A stretch of 64,000 nt of DNA, from the NCBI GenBank assembly GCA_042408215.1, contig JAYFMW010000017.1, forward strand, positions 480,001 to 544,000. Direction: 5' to 3'. The DNA comes from Microcoleus sp. (GTDB lineage Bacteria > Cyanobacteriota > Cyanobacteriia > Cyanobacteriales > Microcoleaceae). The translations under genes and the position numbers were made by a program. Shown in pieces: positions 33,739-42,979 of this stretch; position 1 is the first letter of the stretch; each line of letters opens with the position of its first letter. The notes below the pieces were generated by a model that saw only the letters and a list, made by a program, of their open reading frames with translations, was not told the origin of the DNA and did no database searches.

Positions 33739-33768
33739 TTGACAAATGATGGTGTACCATCATAAGAT
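33739..33768 (+). promoter_or_regulatory. Putative promoter TTGACA-18-TAAGAT with operator ATGATGGT-GT-ACCATCAT
   Basis: Perfect 8-bp inverted repeat at 33746-33763. Confidence 0.6.
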
Positions 33769-33792
33769 ATTTTTATCCCAAAAGGCGATCGA

Positions 33793-34005
33793 CTATTCCT
33801 GCACAATCTCATACAAATCTTCGACCATCACGTCAAAAGTCCTCGCCAACTTGTCCAAGGCTGTCACGTCAATTGTTGCTAATCCGGGCGATCGGGCATA
33901 GGTTCTCAGCGTACTGTAGACTACACCCGATCGCTCTGAAACCTCTTTGATTGTCCAGCCTTTCTCAGCAGCAAACTCTCGAATCCGCAATCTAATTAAG
34001 CCCAT
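33793..34005 (-). CDS. XRE/Cro-family HTH regulator, copy 2 (70 aa)
   Basis: Paralog; SGVVYSTLRTYARS. Confidence 0.9.
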   Translation of the reverse strand: MGLIRLRIREFAAEKGWTIKEVSERSGVVYSTLRTYARSPGLATIDVTALDKLARTFDVMVEDLYEIVQE

Positions 34006-34011
34006 AAGCTA

Positions 34012-34041
34012 TTGATGCCTGACTAATATCAGTCATAAAAT
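34012..34041 (+). promoter_or_regulatory. Putative promoter TTGATG-18-TAAAAT with operator TGACT-AATATC-AGTCA
   Basis: Inverted repeat at 34020-34035. Confidence 0.5.
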
Positions 34042-34062
34042 TATACTACAAAACGCGATCGG

Positions 34063-34275
34063 CTACTCTTTGACGACCTCAACCAAATCTTCCACCATCA
34101 CGTCAAAAGTACGTGCCAACTTGAGCAAACAAGTAAAATCAACCATTGCCATTCCTGGAGAACGCGAATAGGTGCTGAGGGTGCTGTAGTTGACTCCCGA
34201 TCGGTCAGAAACCTCTTTGATCGTCCAGCCTTTCTCACCAGCAAATTCTCTAACCCGCAATCTAATTAAACCCAT
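34063..34275 (-). CDS. XRE/Cro-family HTH regulator, copy 3 (70 aa)
   Basis: Paralog; SGVNYSTLSTYSRS. Confidence 0.9.
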   Translation of the reverse strand: MGLIRLRVREFAGEKGWTIKEVSDRSGVNYSTLSTYSRSPGMAMVDFTCLLKLARTFDVMVEDLVEVVKE

Positions 34276-34303
34276 TGACAGACCACTAGATTTAGTATAC
34301 GAT
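34275..34303 (+). promoter_or_regulatory. Putative promoter TTGACA-17-TACGAT with operator ACTA-GATT-TAGT
   Basis: Near-palindrome at 34285-34296; points to ORF 34474. Confidence 0.55.
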
Positions 34304-34473
34304 CATTTTATCGTAAAAAGCGATCGCCCCAAGGTCTGGAAAACTGAAAGGCGATCGCCTGTCCAAAGCAGGAAACTTATCAACTAAATTTCCAAATAAC
34401 CAAGGGCATCAATTCTCAATAACCAAGAATATCAACCAAGATCAACCAAGAATATCAACCAAGGATATCAACC

Positions 34474-34917
34474 ATGTTAACAAAATTTTCGCGAAAATCA
34501 ACCCCCAGAAACAAATTGAGCCGGTTTGTCACCAAAGAGGCGATCGCGCGGCTGCTGAAAATCAAGGTAGAACAGATATATCGCTTCGAGTGCTGGGCGC
34601 ATATCCTGTACGTGCACGCCGAAGGGATGAGTCGGTTTGTGAGTTATGCGGATTTGCCGCCAGTGGTGGGAGTGGAAGCGCCCTCTGGTTTAGATTTTGG
34701 TTATTGGAAGCGGCGGATGGCGAGTCTGAAGGAGAGATACGCGCCGGATTTTTGGGTGGATTTCTATGGGGATAAATTTCGGGAGGCTGTTTCTGTTTCT
34801 GAATTGTTGGAGTGGGGGGAGTTGGTGGGAGTGGTTAAATGGATGTTAAGTGCGATCGCCCTGGAGTCGCTGCGAAAAGTTTACGCACAAGAGAAATCTC
34901 TGCTGGAACATTTTTAA
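34474..34917 (+). CDS. Hypothetical protein divergent from the XRE cluster
   Basis: 147-aa ORF, AAGGA RBS, preceded by AACCAAGAATATC short repeats. Confidence 0.7.
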   Translation: MLTKFSRKSTPRNKLSRFVTKEAIARLLKIKVEQIYRFECWAHILYVHAEGMSRFVSYADLPPVVGVEAPSGLDFGYWKRRMASLKERYAPDFWVDFYGDKFREAVSVSELLEWGELVGVVKWMLSAIALESLRKVYAQEKSLLEHF

Positions 34918-35441
34918 ATGCTGTCTGAACTCTTGTCCCCCCCTTGTTAAGGGGGGCTAGGGGGGATCTGAGCTCTGTTAAGTGCGATCGCCCTGGAGTC
35001 GCTGCGAAAAGTTTACGCACAAGAGAAATCTCTGCTGGAACATTTTTAAATGCTGTCTGAACTCTTGTCCCCCCCTTGTTAAGGGGGGCTAGGGGGGATC
35101 TGAGCTCTGTTAAGTGCGATCGCCCTGGAGTCGCTGCGAAAAGTTTACGCACAAGAGAAATCTCTGCTGGAACATTTTTAAATGCTGTCTGAACTCTTGT
35201 CCCCCCCTTGTTAAGGGGGGCTAGGGGGGATCTGAGCTCTGTTAAGTGCGATCGCCCTGGAGTCGCTGCGAAAAGTTTACGCCCAAGAGAAATCTCTGCT
35301 GGAACATTTTTAAATGCTGTCTGAACTCTTGTCCCCCCCTTGTTAAGGGGGGCTAGGGGGGATCTGAGCTCTGTTAAGTGCGATCGCCCTGGAGTCGCTG
35401 CGAAAAGTTTACGCACAAGAGAAATCTCTGCTGGAACATTT
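34844..35441 (+). repeat. About 4.5 x 132-bp tandem repeat (gene 3' end + palindrome)
   Basis: TGTTAAGTGCGATCGCCC at 34844, 34976, 35108, 35240 and 35372. Confidence 0.95.
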
Positions 35442-35537
35442 CTAAACGCTGTGTTTTTTTATAACTGGACTTACGAACTCGTGACCTAAAAAGTAGTGCT
35501 ACAAGATTGTACCCCATATCCGTAGGGAAACGGCAAT

Positions 35538-35750
35538 GCCCATTGGTGTCAACTTAAGCCTGAAACCCTTGGTATCTCTCGCTTTTACCTAAGTCTAGAT
35601 CCCCCTAAATCCCCCTTAAGAAGGGGAGTAGGGGGTGACTTTGAGAAGACTCTTGTCCCCCCCTTCTTAAGGGGGGCTAGGGGGGATCTAGATTTAATAG
35701 TCAAACAACAGTCTCTGACTGGGTTTGACCTTAAGTTGACACCAATGGGC
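35538..35750 (+). mobile_element. MITE with 21-bp TIR GCCCATTGGTGTCAACTTAAG
   Basis: Perfect inverted repeats at 35538-35558 and 35730-35750; palindromic core. Confidence 0.85.
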
Positions 35751-35848
35751 TCTTGGAGTGTCCGGTGCCGGGAGCTACGACTTTTAAGAATTGACATAAG
35801 TTCAGGGCAAGAAACCAAGGTGATGATACCATGCAGGATCATTCCAGT

Positions 35849-38800
35849 CTAAGAGTCCATAATATCTTCCTCCCCTATTCCCAAACTCGGCAAACTGCCG
35901 ACAATTTGCACAGTTTCCAAACTGACTGCGATGACTTGGCCAATTAACCGGACAATGTATTGTTCGTCATCCAAGCGATTCGGGTCATTAACAATTCCAC
36001 TCCGTTTATCAGTTTTGAATTGATACTGGTCTATTATCCAATCTAACGCAGAACGGTTCCCCAGACGGTACTCAAATGCTGAAGAGGGAATGCCGCTTAA
36101 GGTGAGAAAATCGTTGTAAATCAGTTGAGTTTTATCTTTACTCAATCTCATCTTTTCTACCCGCCAATTTAACGGCACGTCAGTATTTTCTATCCACTTA
36201 AGGGGATATTCGGGTTGCTGTTCGTAATTGACGTGAATTTCTGCTAAACGTTTGCCCGCATTAGCGAAAGAATGAAAATCGGGAGTGTAGGGAATATGGG
36301 GCAATTCCCGTTTCAAATTGGCGGCGTAGCGAGTGCAATAGGTGGGATGGTGCAAAACAGCATAAACGTAGTAGAAAATATCCCATTTGCTAATCCTGTC
36401 GTCTCCGTAGTGGCGGCGGAATTCTGTTAGCGCCCAGTCTGTGATATTTTCGCGGCGGTTTGTACCGTCTTCATCGTAGATGTAGAATGGGAAACATTGA
36501 GTTTTTTCCAGGAGATCTAGCCCCCCTACTCCCACATCAGATAATACAATCAGTCATCTGTACTAGAAAGGGAATTTGGGACTAGCTATGCCACGAACGC
36601 AAATAACTCGATTTTCTTTCTCAGTATCTGGTACAGGAAATATATATGGAAATTGATATCGACGCTCGTTTAATCTAGCATCAAAGTAGAGAAAAGAGGC
36701 AGTAAATGGTCGGTAGAGTCGATCGCCTCCTTAAATCGGGATTATATTCTATTTTGACACCCCGACTTAAAAAGGTTTTTAAAGTTCCAGACCAACTAAC
36801 TTTAGTATCATCGTCAGTCACAAAATCATCAATATTGACTGAGCGATCGCACCGCTGACTCCACCTGACCATCTGTTCGTTGTATGTTGCGATCGTTCGT
36901 TTGACATTTTCTGCAATAGCATCCTCATTAAAATTATATACCCAGGTATCGCGATTTGTTTTGACTCCATTACTATATAACTTAAAAATGACTCTTTCAT
37001 CAATTTTATTAGAAGCTTTAGCTTCTTTACCACCAATCGGTATCAACTTTTCAAAATCATCTTGCAATCCTTCAGTTAGCCAATTATATTTTAGATCTGG
37101 CTGAATTAATTGCCATTCAACCCCACCTCGATGTTGATACTTTTCTAAATACTCATACTTTTCTTCTTTTCGCCACAACTCATCAACCCGTGCATAGTAA
37201 ATTTGTGCAGGTTTAGAATTTTGACCATTTTTATTCCTGACAAACAGGTTAATACTAACTCCTACTTGAATGCCGAATACATTATGAGTTGTACCTGAAA
37301 GTTGGGGATTTTTTCTAACATTTCCTCCTAAATCCAAGATATAAAGCGCATCAAAATCTTTCTGAAGATGTTTTCTCATTCCATCAAAAGCAATATCATT
37401 AACAAAGCTGTTATTCGTTACAAGAGCTACAATTCCCTCATCACCAATTCTATCCGATGCCCAACGAATCGCTTTCACATAAGGATCTGACAGTGCATTT
37501 TTATTAGTTGCTTTCGAGTCTTTAGAATAAGTTTCGGCAACGCGGCGGTCTATTTCTTCATACTTGCGATTTTTATTGTTATCATTTTCACTAGACTTTG
37601 AAAAGCATTATAAGGCGGATTGCCAACAACAACAAAAATAGGCGAACTTCTCTGCCTCTCTACCCTCGCTGTATTTGCCGCCGTAAACAAAGAAAGTTGC
37701 TGTACTTTTTGGTCAGAAAAAGTATCAACTAAACAAATACCTTCAAATGGTTGATAAGTCCCCGTTGCCTCAAAATACTCATGTTCGATATTCATCGAAG
37801 CAATGTAATAAGGCAGTAACATCAATTCATTGCAGTGCAATTCGTCAGCATATTTCTGCGGTAGTGCCGTTTTCCGAATCTCCCGCATTACCCGCATCAT
37901 AAAATTCCCTGTCCCCACAAAAGGATCGAGGATATGCACTCCTTTATCGCTTAAGGATTTGCCAAACTCTTTTTGCAAGATATCCTCAACACTTTTGACC
38001 ATGAAATTTACAATCGGTTGAGGAGTGTAAACGATGCCGTGAGTGTCCGCAACCTTGATAGCAAATCCTTGGAAAAACTTCTCGTAAATGGTGTTTAGAA
38101 AGTGCTGTTTTTCGCTAAATTCATCAATTGTCGCGGCGGTTTCTTCTAAGGCACGGTAAAAATAGTCAACTTCTCCGAGGAAATGGTCGCGACTGAATGA
38201 TTTAGAAGTTAAAGCATTAATAACTTTTTCTATTTCAACAGCGATGATATTGCGGTTGGTAAAATCTTGGTTGTCAAAGATGCGGCGAAAAATGCGTTCG
38301 GTGAGGATGTGCTGAATTAGCATTTCCTCGACAGCAGCTTCGGAGAGATTGGGGTTAATTGATTGGCGGCAGACGGCGGTAAAGTCATTAAATGCTTGAA
38401 TAAATCTTTTGTTAGTTTTGCGTTGTCCGTCAATCAGACTAATCATTTTTCCTGCTAAATCTTTGACTCTGCTGCCAAATTCAGCGGCGGCGACTTCCCA
38501 CTGGGCGATAGCGGGAGTTCGGTATTCAAAAAATAGCTTCAGCGTATCGACTAGGGATTGCGGTTTTGTGATATCTTCATCACAGAGTTGCTTGCCGCCT
38601 TGCCAAATAATTGCCCGTTCCGGTGCTTGAAAAATAATGTTATCTTTGGGATAGCCAACAGCAAATTTTTGTTTAACTTCGCGTTCCAGCTTGTCATGGG
38701 TGTCTTTTGCTTCCCAGATACCGTGTCTGAGACTGTCGGCCCGCACTAATTCCCCATCAACTCTGATTCGCTTATTGCCGATTTTCATCTCTTTTTCGGG

Positions 38801-38962
38801 CACCAGCGTCCACCCAAATTGCTGACAGCAAGACTTTAGCAAATCGGCAAAAGCATCCTTTACTGCTAATTCGTGAGATATCCCCAATTTCGCAAATTGT
38901 CCCAGGGCATTGTAATATGCTTTAACAGGTTGGTGGGTTGGCTTGAGGTTGAGATTTGGCAT
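35849..38962 (-). pseudogene. Type IIG/ISP-like restriction-modification enzyme (nuclease + N6-MTase + LlaBIII-like C-terminal specificity domain), frameshifted
   Basis: VDG...WEAK, YTPQPIV.FMV, DPFVGTG, VGNPPY, Y..NLKRELP.IP, GNRSALDWI; frameshifts near 37595, 36715 and 36550. Confidence 0.85.
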
Positions 38963-39085
38963 GGGGGATGGGCGATCGCAAATTGCTGATTTAATTTTAA
39001 GCGATATTGTAACTTTTTTACCGTCAAACAAAAGCAAAATAAAAGTACAGGCGGCGTAGCTATCCCCTAGGGAATTGCCCGCACC

Positions 39086-39302
39086 CATAGGTGTCAACTT
39101 AACGTCAAACCCAGTCACATACTGCTGTTTGACGATTAAGGCCAGATCCCCCCTAACCCCCCTTAAGAAGGGGGGGACAGGAGTCTTCTCTTTCGTCAAC
39201 CCCTACTCACACCCTACTCCCTTCTTAAGGGGGATTTAGGGGGATCTAGACTTAGGTAAAAACGAAATTTATCAAGGCTTTCAGGCTTAAGTTGACACCA
39301 AT
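39086..39302 (-). mobile_element. MITE of the same family as 35538-35750, inverted
   Basis: GGTGTCAACTTAA...TTAAGTTGACACC; flanking direct repeat AATTGCCCGCACC at 39073 and 39300. Confidence 0.85.
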
Positions 39303-39385
39303 TGCCCGCACCTATCGCCCCCAACAATTCCCACGGCATCAGCGATAATAGTATTAGCGAACTATTTAAAATCGAGGAAACACCT

Positions 39386-39970
39386 ATGCTCGCGACTACC
39401 AGCGAACTACCCAAAATCGAGGAAACACCTATGCTCGCGACTGCCGCCCTACAGGATAATTTTACTCTAGAAGACTTCATGGCTCATCCGCCCGACAACA
39501 TGAAATTGGTAGACGGACAACTCGTTGAGAAAAATGGAGCCACGCTCAAGCATGGTAAAATTCAATCAAGCCTGGGTTGTGCTTGGGCAAATTACATGAT
39601 TTCCAGCGGACAAGGGGGAGAAACTTATGTCGAAGTTCCTTGCCGCACAAACCGACAAATTCGCCGCCCCGATGTCGCTTATCTCACACCAGAATTAGTT
39701 GCACAATTTGGCAATCTTGCCACTTTACCCCAAAGTTTCCCCTTAATTGCCGAAATAGTTTCACCCACCGATATTGCTGAAGATGTCTTTCTCAAAGCAC
39801 AGGAATATTTAGCATCTAGCTGTCAGGAAGTCTGGTTAGTTTTTCCCGAAAGTCGTTTAATATTTGTGATGACTCAAAATCAAATATTGACATTTAGATC
39901 CGGCGATACCGCCACCACTCAACAAATCCTGCTCGGTTTTAGCATCGAGGTCGATCGCCTACTAGCTTAA
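39386..39970 (+). CDS. Uma2-family (DUF820) PD-(D/E)XK protein
   Basis: RRPDVAY, LIAEIVSP, K.QEYL....EVWLV.P; alternative ATG at 39431. Confidence 0.88.
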   Translation: MLATTSELPKIEETPMLATAALQDNFTLEDFMAHPPDNMKLVDGQLVEKNGATLKHGKIQSSLGCAWANYMISSGQGGETYVEVPCRTNRQIRRPDVAYLTPELVAQFGNLATLPQSFPLIAEIVSPTDIAEDVFLKAQEYLASSCQEVWLVFPESRLIFVMTQNQILTFRSGDTATTQQILLGFSIEVDRLLA

Positions 39971-40045
39971 ACTAAATTATGAAATCAGAAACTCAGTCTA
40001 GTACAATATTCTTAGGTTGATGACTAAGAAAGGGAGTCAAACAAA

Positions 40046-40543
40046 ATGACAACTATCCAATCAATGACAACTGGAATAACATCCCTTTATGAACAGGATT
40101 TTTATCTGTGGTTACAGACAACTATCAACTTATTAAAAGAGGGAAAGTTTTCTGAAATAGATTTAGAGAACTTACTAGAGGAACTGGAAAGTATGGGGAG
40201 AAGCGATAAGAATGCTTTAAAAAGTAATTTGAGGGTACTTTTAATGCACTTACTTAAGTATAAATATCAGCCAGAAAAAAGAACAAACAGTTGGATATAC
40301 ACCATTCGCGAACATCGTAAACGCATCCGAGATACCTTCAAAACCAGTCCGAGTTTATATCGTTTTTTTGAAGAAATTTTCAATGAATCTTATCAAGATG
40401 CTAGGGAATTAGCCGCAGATGAAACTGGTTTATCTATTGCGACATTTCCCCCAGAGTCTCCCTTTACTGAAGAAGAAGTTCTTAATCCTGATTTTTTACC
40501 GCCTGAGTGCGATCGGCCTGAAAATCCTGAAAATATTGAATAA
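40046..40543 (+). CDS. DUF29 family protein
   Basis: LYEQDFYLW, DLENLLEELESMGRS, LLMHLLKYKYQPE.R..SW. Confidence 0.92.
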   Translation: MTTIQSMTTGITSLYEQDFYLWLQTTINLLKEGKFSEIDLENLLEELESMGRSDKNALKSNLRVLLMHLLKYKYQPEKRTNSWIYTIREHRKRIRDTFKTSPSLYRFFEEIFNESYQDARELAADETGLSIATFPPESPFTEEEVLNPDFLPPECDRPENPENIE

Positions 40544-40608
40544 TTGAATCAGATATCCTTTCCACTTGTTCTGAAATCAAATTGCTACAATATTCTTAAG
40601 ACTCCCCA

Positions 40609-40700
40609 GTCCGCGTAGGCGGACTTCGTTTGTATAGCCCCGAATTATATTCGGCGGGCTTAACATTAACTTCGTTTGTATAGCCCCGAATTCTCTTCGG
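40609..40700. repeat. GTCCGCGTAGGCGGACTTCGTTTGT REP-like family
   Basis: Related copies at 30322-30369 and 56921-56990. Confidence 0.7.
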
Positions 40701-40740
40701 TGGTGTTTAATTAATATCCCACACCATTCTAGAAACCACC

Positions 40741-41913
40741 ATGTCAGACGACTTTTCCCTAGACGACCTTTTAAACAACAGTTACGACGCCTTCAAAGAC
40801 GCAGAAAATCAAGTGGGACAATGCAATGTTTTAGTCATCGGTAAAACAGGCGTAGGCAAAAGTACCCTGATCAATGCTGTTTTTCGCCAACGCTTAGCAG
40901 AAACCGGAGTCGGCCGCCCCATCACTCAAGGTATTCGCCAATATACCAAACCAAATTGCCCGATCGCAGTTTACGACACTCCCGGACTCGAACTCAACGC
41001 CGAACAAATTAAAATTATTCAATTAAACGTTGCTAAACTGATTGAAGACCAAAGACTTCTGCACCCCAAAGAACACATTCACGTCATCTGGTACTGTATC
41101 AATCACGGCGCAAATAGAATAGAATCTGTGGAGGAAGGCTGGCTAAGAGAAATGGAAATCATCGATGTACCAGTTATTTTAGTTCTCACTCAAACTACAT
41201 CAAAAAAACCCAGCGAGTTTTTCAAGCAACTGGAACACATGAATTTGCCAGTCAGTCAAGTTATCCCTGTCATGGCAGAACCGGAAGAAATTGATGAGGA
41301 TTATACAGTAAAATCTCACGGTTTAGATAAGTTGGTTGATGCCACTTTTCAACTACTACCGGAAGTAGCTCAAAAAGCTTTTGTCAAAGAACAAATTGCC
41401 AATATTGCGCTTAAATCCGACATGGCATTTAAGTATGTAACTGCTTATGTTGCCGGTTCTGCGATTGTCGGTGCAACTCCTGTGCCGTTTGCTGATGCGC
41501 CAATTTTGATGGCTATGCAAACGGCAATGATTGCTAATATTACTGTGATTTTTGGAATGCCTTTTGATCGGGGATTTATCTCGGCGATGCTGTCTGCTAT
41601 TAGCGGTGCTGGTGGGGTGACTGCTGTTGGCAGAAGTATTGTGACTAATTTGATTAAAATGATTCCCGGTGCGGGTACAATTGTGGGTGGTGCTATCTCC
41701 GGTGCAACGGCGGCAACTCTTACGCTTGCTCTCGGTTTGGCTTACATTGAAGTGCTTAAAGTTTATATGAAATCTCAAATTAATGGGGAACAACTTTCTT
41801 TGTCGCAGTTAACCAAGATGTTTGTGGATTTGTATAAGGATTATGCAGCTTCTGGGCGTAAAACTTTGAAGGATGAGCAACCGAAGGCTCCTAATCAAAT
41901 TAATATTGAATAA
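40741..41913 (+). CDS. GTPase domain + DUF697/YcjF-like protein
   Basis: GKTGVGKS, DTPG, GATPVPFADA, IPGAG. Confidence 0.85.
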   Translation: MSDDFSLDDLLNNSYDAFKDAENQVGQCNVLVIGKTGVGKSTLINAVFRQRLAETGVGRPITQGIRQYTKPNCPIAVYDTPGLELNAEQIKIIQLNVAKLIEDQRLLHPKEHIHVIWYCINHGANRIESVEEGWLREMEIIDVPVILVLTQTTSKKPSEFFKQLEHMNLPVSQVIPVMAEPEEIDEDYTVKSHGLDKLVDATFQLLPEVAQKAFVKEQIANIALKSDMAFKYVTAYVAGSAIVGATPVPFADAPILMAMQTAMIANITVIFGMPFDRGFISAMLSAISGAGGVTAVGRSIVTNLIKMIPGAGTIVGGAISGATAATLTLALGLAYIEVLKVYMKSQINGEQLSLSQLTKMFVDLYKDYAASGRKTLKDEQPKAPNQINIE

Positions 41914-41932
41914 ATTGGGCATGAGCATGGGG

Positions 41933-42103
41933 CCTAGGGCGTGTTTTCAAACTACTGATTATGAACCGAATCTCTCGAAGCTCCCCCTCCCATCCCCTGA
42001 AAAAGGGAGTAGGGTGTGAGTATGGGTTGACGAAAGAGACTCTTTCTCCCCCCTTGTTAAGGGGGGCCGGGGGGGATCTTAGAGTTTGAAAACACGCCCT
42101 AGG
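41933..42103. mobile_element. MITE with 21-bp TIR CCTAGGGCGTGTTTTCAAACT
   Basis: Perfect inverted repeats at 41933-41953 and 42083-42103. Confidence 0.85.
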
Positions 42104-42401
42104 GTATTACTAAAGACTTGACAAATTGCCGATTGTTTGCTGATTAATTTAATAGAAGATATTGGCAATAAACAATAAATCAGTTCGCGATCGCACTTCG
42201 ACTCCTCGAAACCGGGTTTTTACCGAAGCTAAGGGCTGCAACCCGTCTTTTCGTAAAAAAACCAGGTTTCTGGGCCCCCATGCGTCCTGGACTATAAATT
42301 TGGTAAATTTGCAGAAAATCTCCCAGGGGGGTAAGATATCTATTGCTTTGTTTGCAGATATAGCGTAAATTCCGATCGCCCTTAAAACCAATAATCAAAA
42401 T

Positions 42402-42719
42402 ATGTCCAAGACTTACACCGTTGAGTTTCTCCACCAAGGCCGTACCTACACCGTAGAAGTGCCAGAAGATCAACAACTTCTGCGCGCAGCCAACGCCGCC
42501 GGCATTGATTTGCCGAATTCTTGCAATGCAGGGGTTTGTACTACCTGTGCTGCTAAAGTTATTGAAGGCGAGGTTGACCAAAGCGGTGGTATGGGGGTGA
42601 GTGCTGAACTTCAGGCGGAAGGTTACGTGTTGTTGTGCATTGCTTATCCCCGATCGAACTTGAAGATAGAAACAGAAAAAGAAGATATTGTCTACGATCG
42701 CCAGTTCGGTAAACCCTAG
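42402..42719 (+). CDS. Plant-type 2Fe-2S ferredoxin (FdC1/Fed3-like)
   Basis: SCNAGVCTTC...LLC. Confidence 0.93.
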   Translation: MSKTYTVEFLHQGRTYTVEVPEDQQLLRAANAAGIDLPNSCNAGVCTTCAAKVIEGEVDQSGGMGVSAELQAEGYVLLCIAYPRSNLKIETEKEDIVYDRQFGKP

Positions 42720-42775
42720 AACTACGTTAAAATAGACACAACTACCGAGAGCGGTAAAAAACTATGGATCGCCCT

Positions 42776-42979
42776 ATGACTACCCATTTCATTTCCGCAG
42801 AAGTTGACCTCCAGAATACAGCCGAGGAACTTGACTCGGCGATCAAAATTGAACTGCAAAAGCACGGCGAACCCCTGCGCTGGGCTGTTACAGACGTGGA
42901 TGTCGATCGCCAAAAAGCAGTGGTAGAAGGCTACGTGCTCGTGGAATTACCGGCTACAGCATCAAGAGCAACAGCGTGA
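42776..42979 (+). CDS. Small conserved cyanobacterial protein
   Basis: EL...GEPLRWAVT.VD; overlaps the next gene's start. Confidence 0.75.
   Translation: MTTHFISAEVDLQNTAEELDSAIKIELQKHGEPLRWAVTDVDVDRQKAVVEGYVLVELPATASRATA

Noticed and set aside
34835..35416. 193-aa repeat ORF on the minus strand
   Set aside because: A by-product of a 132-bp (3n) tandem repeat, with no RBS or unique sequence
38963..39199. N-terminal extension of the 549-aa ORF
   Set aside because: Read-through from MITE sequence; the likely start is ATG 38962
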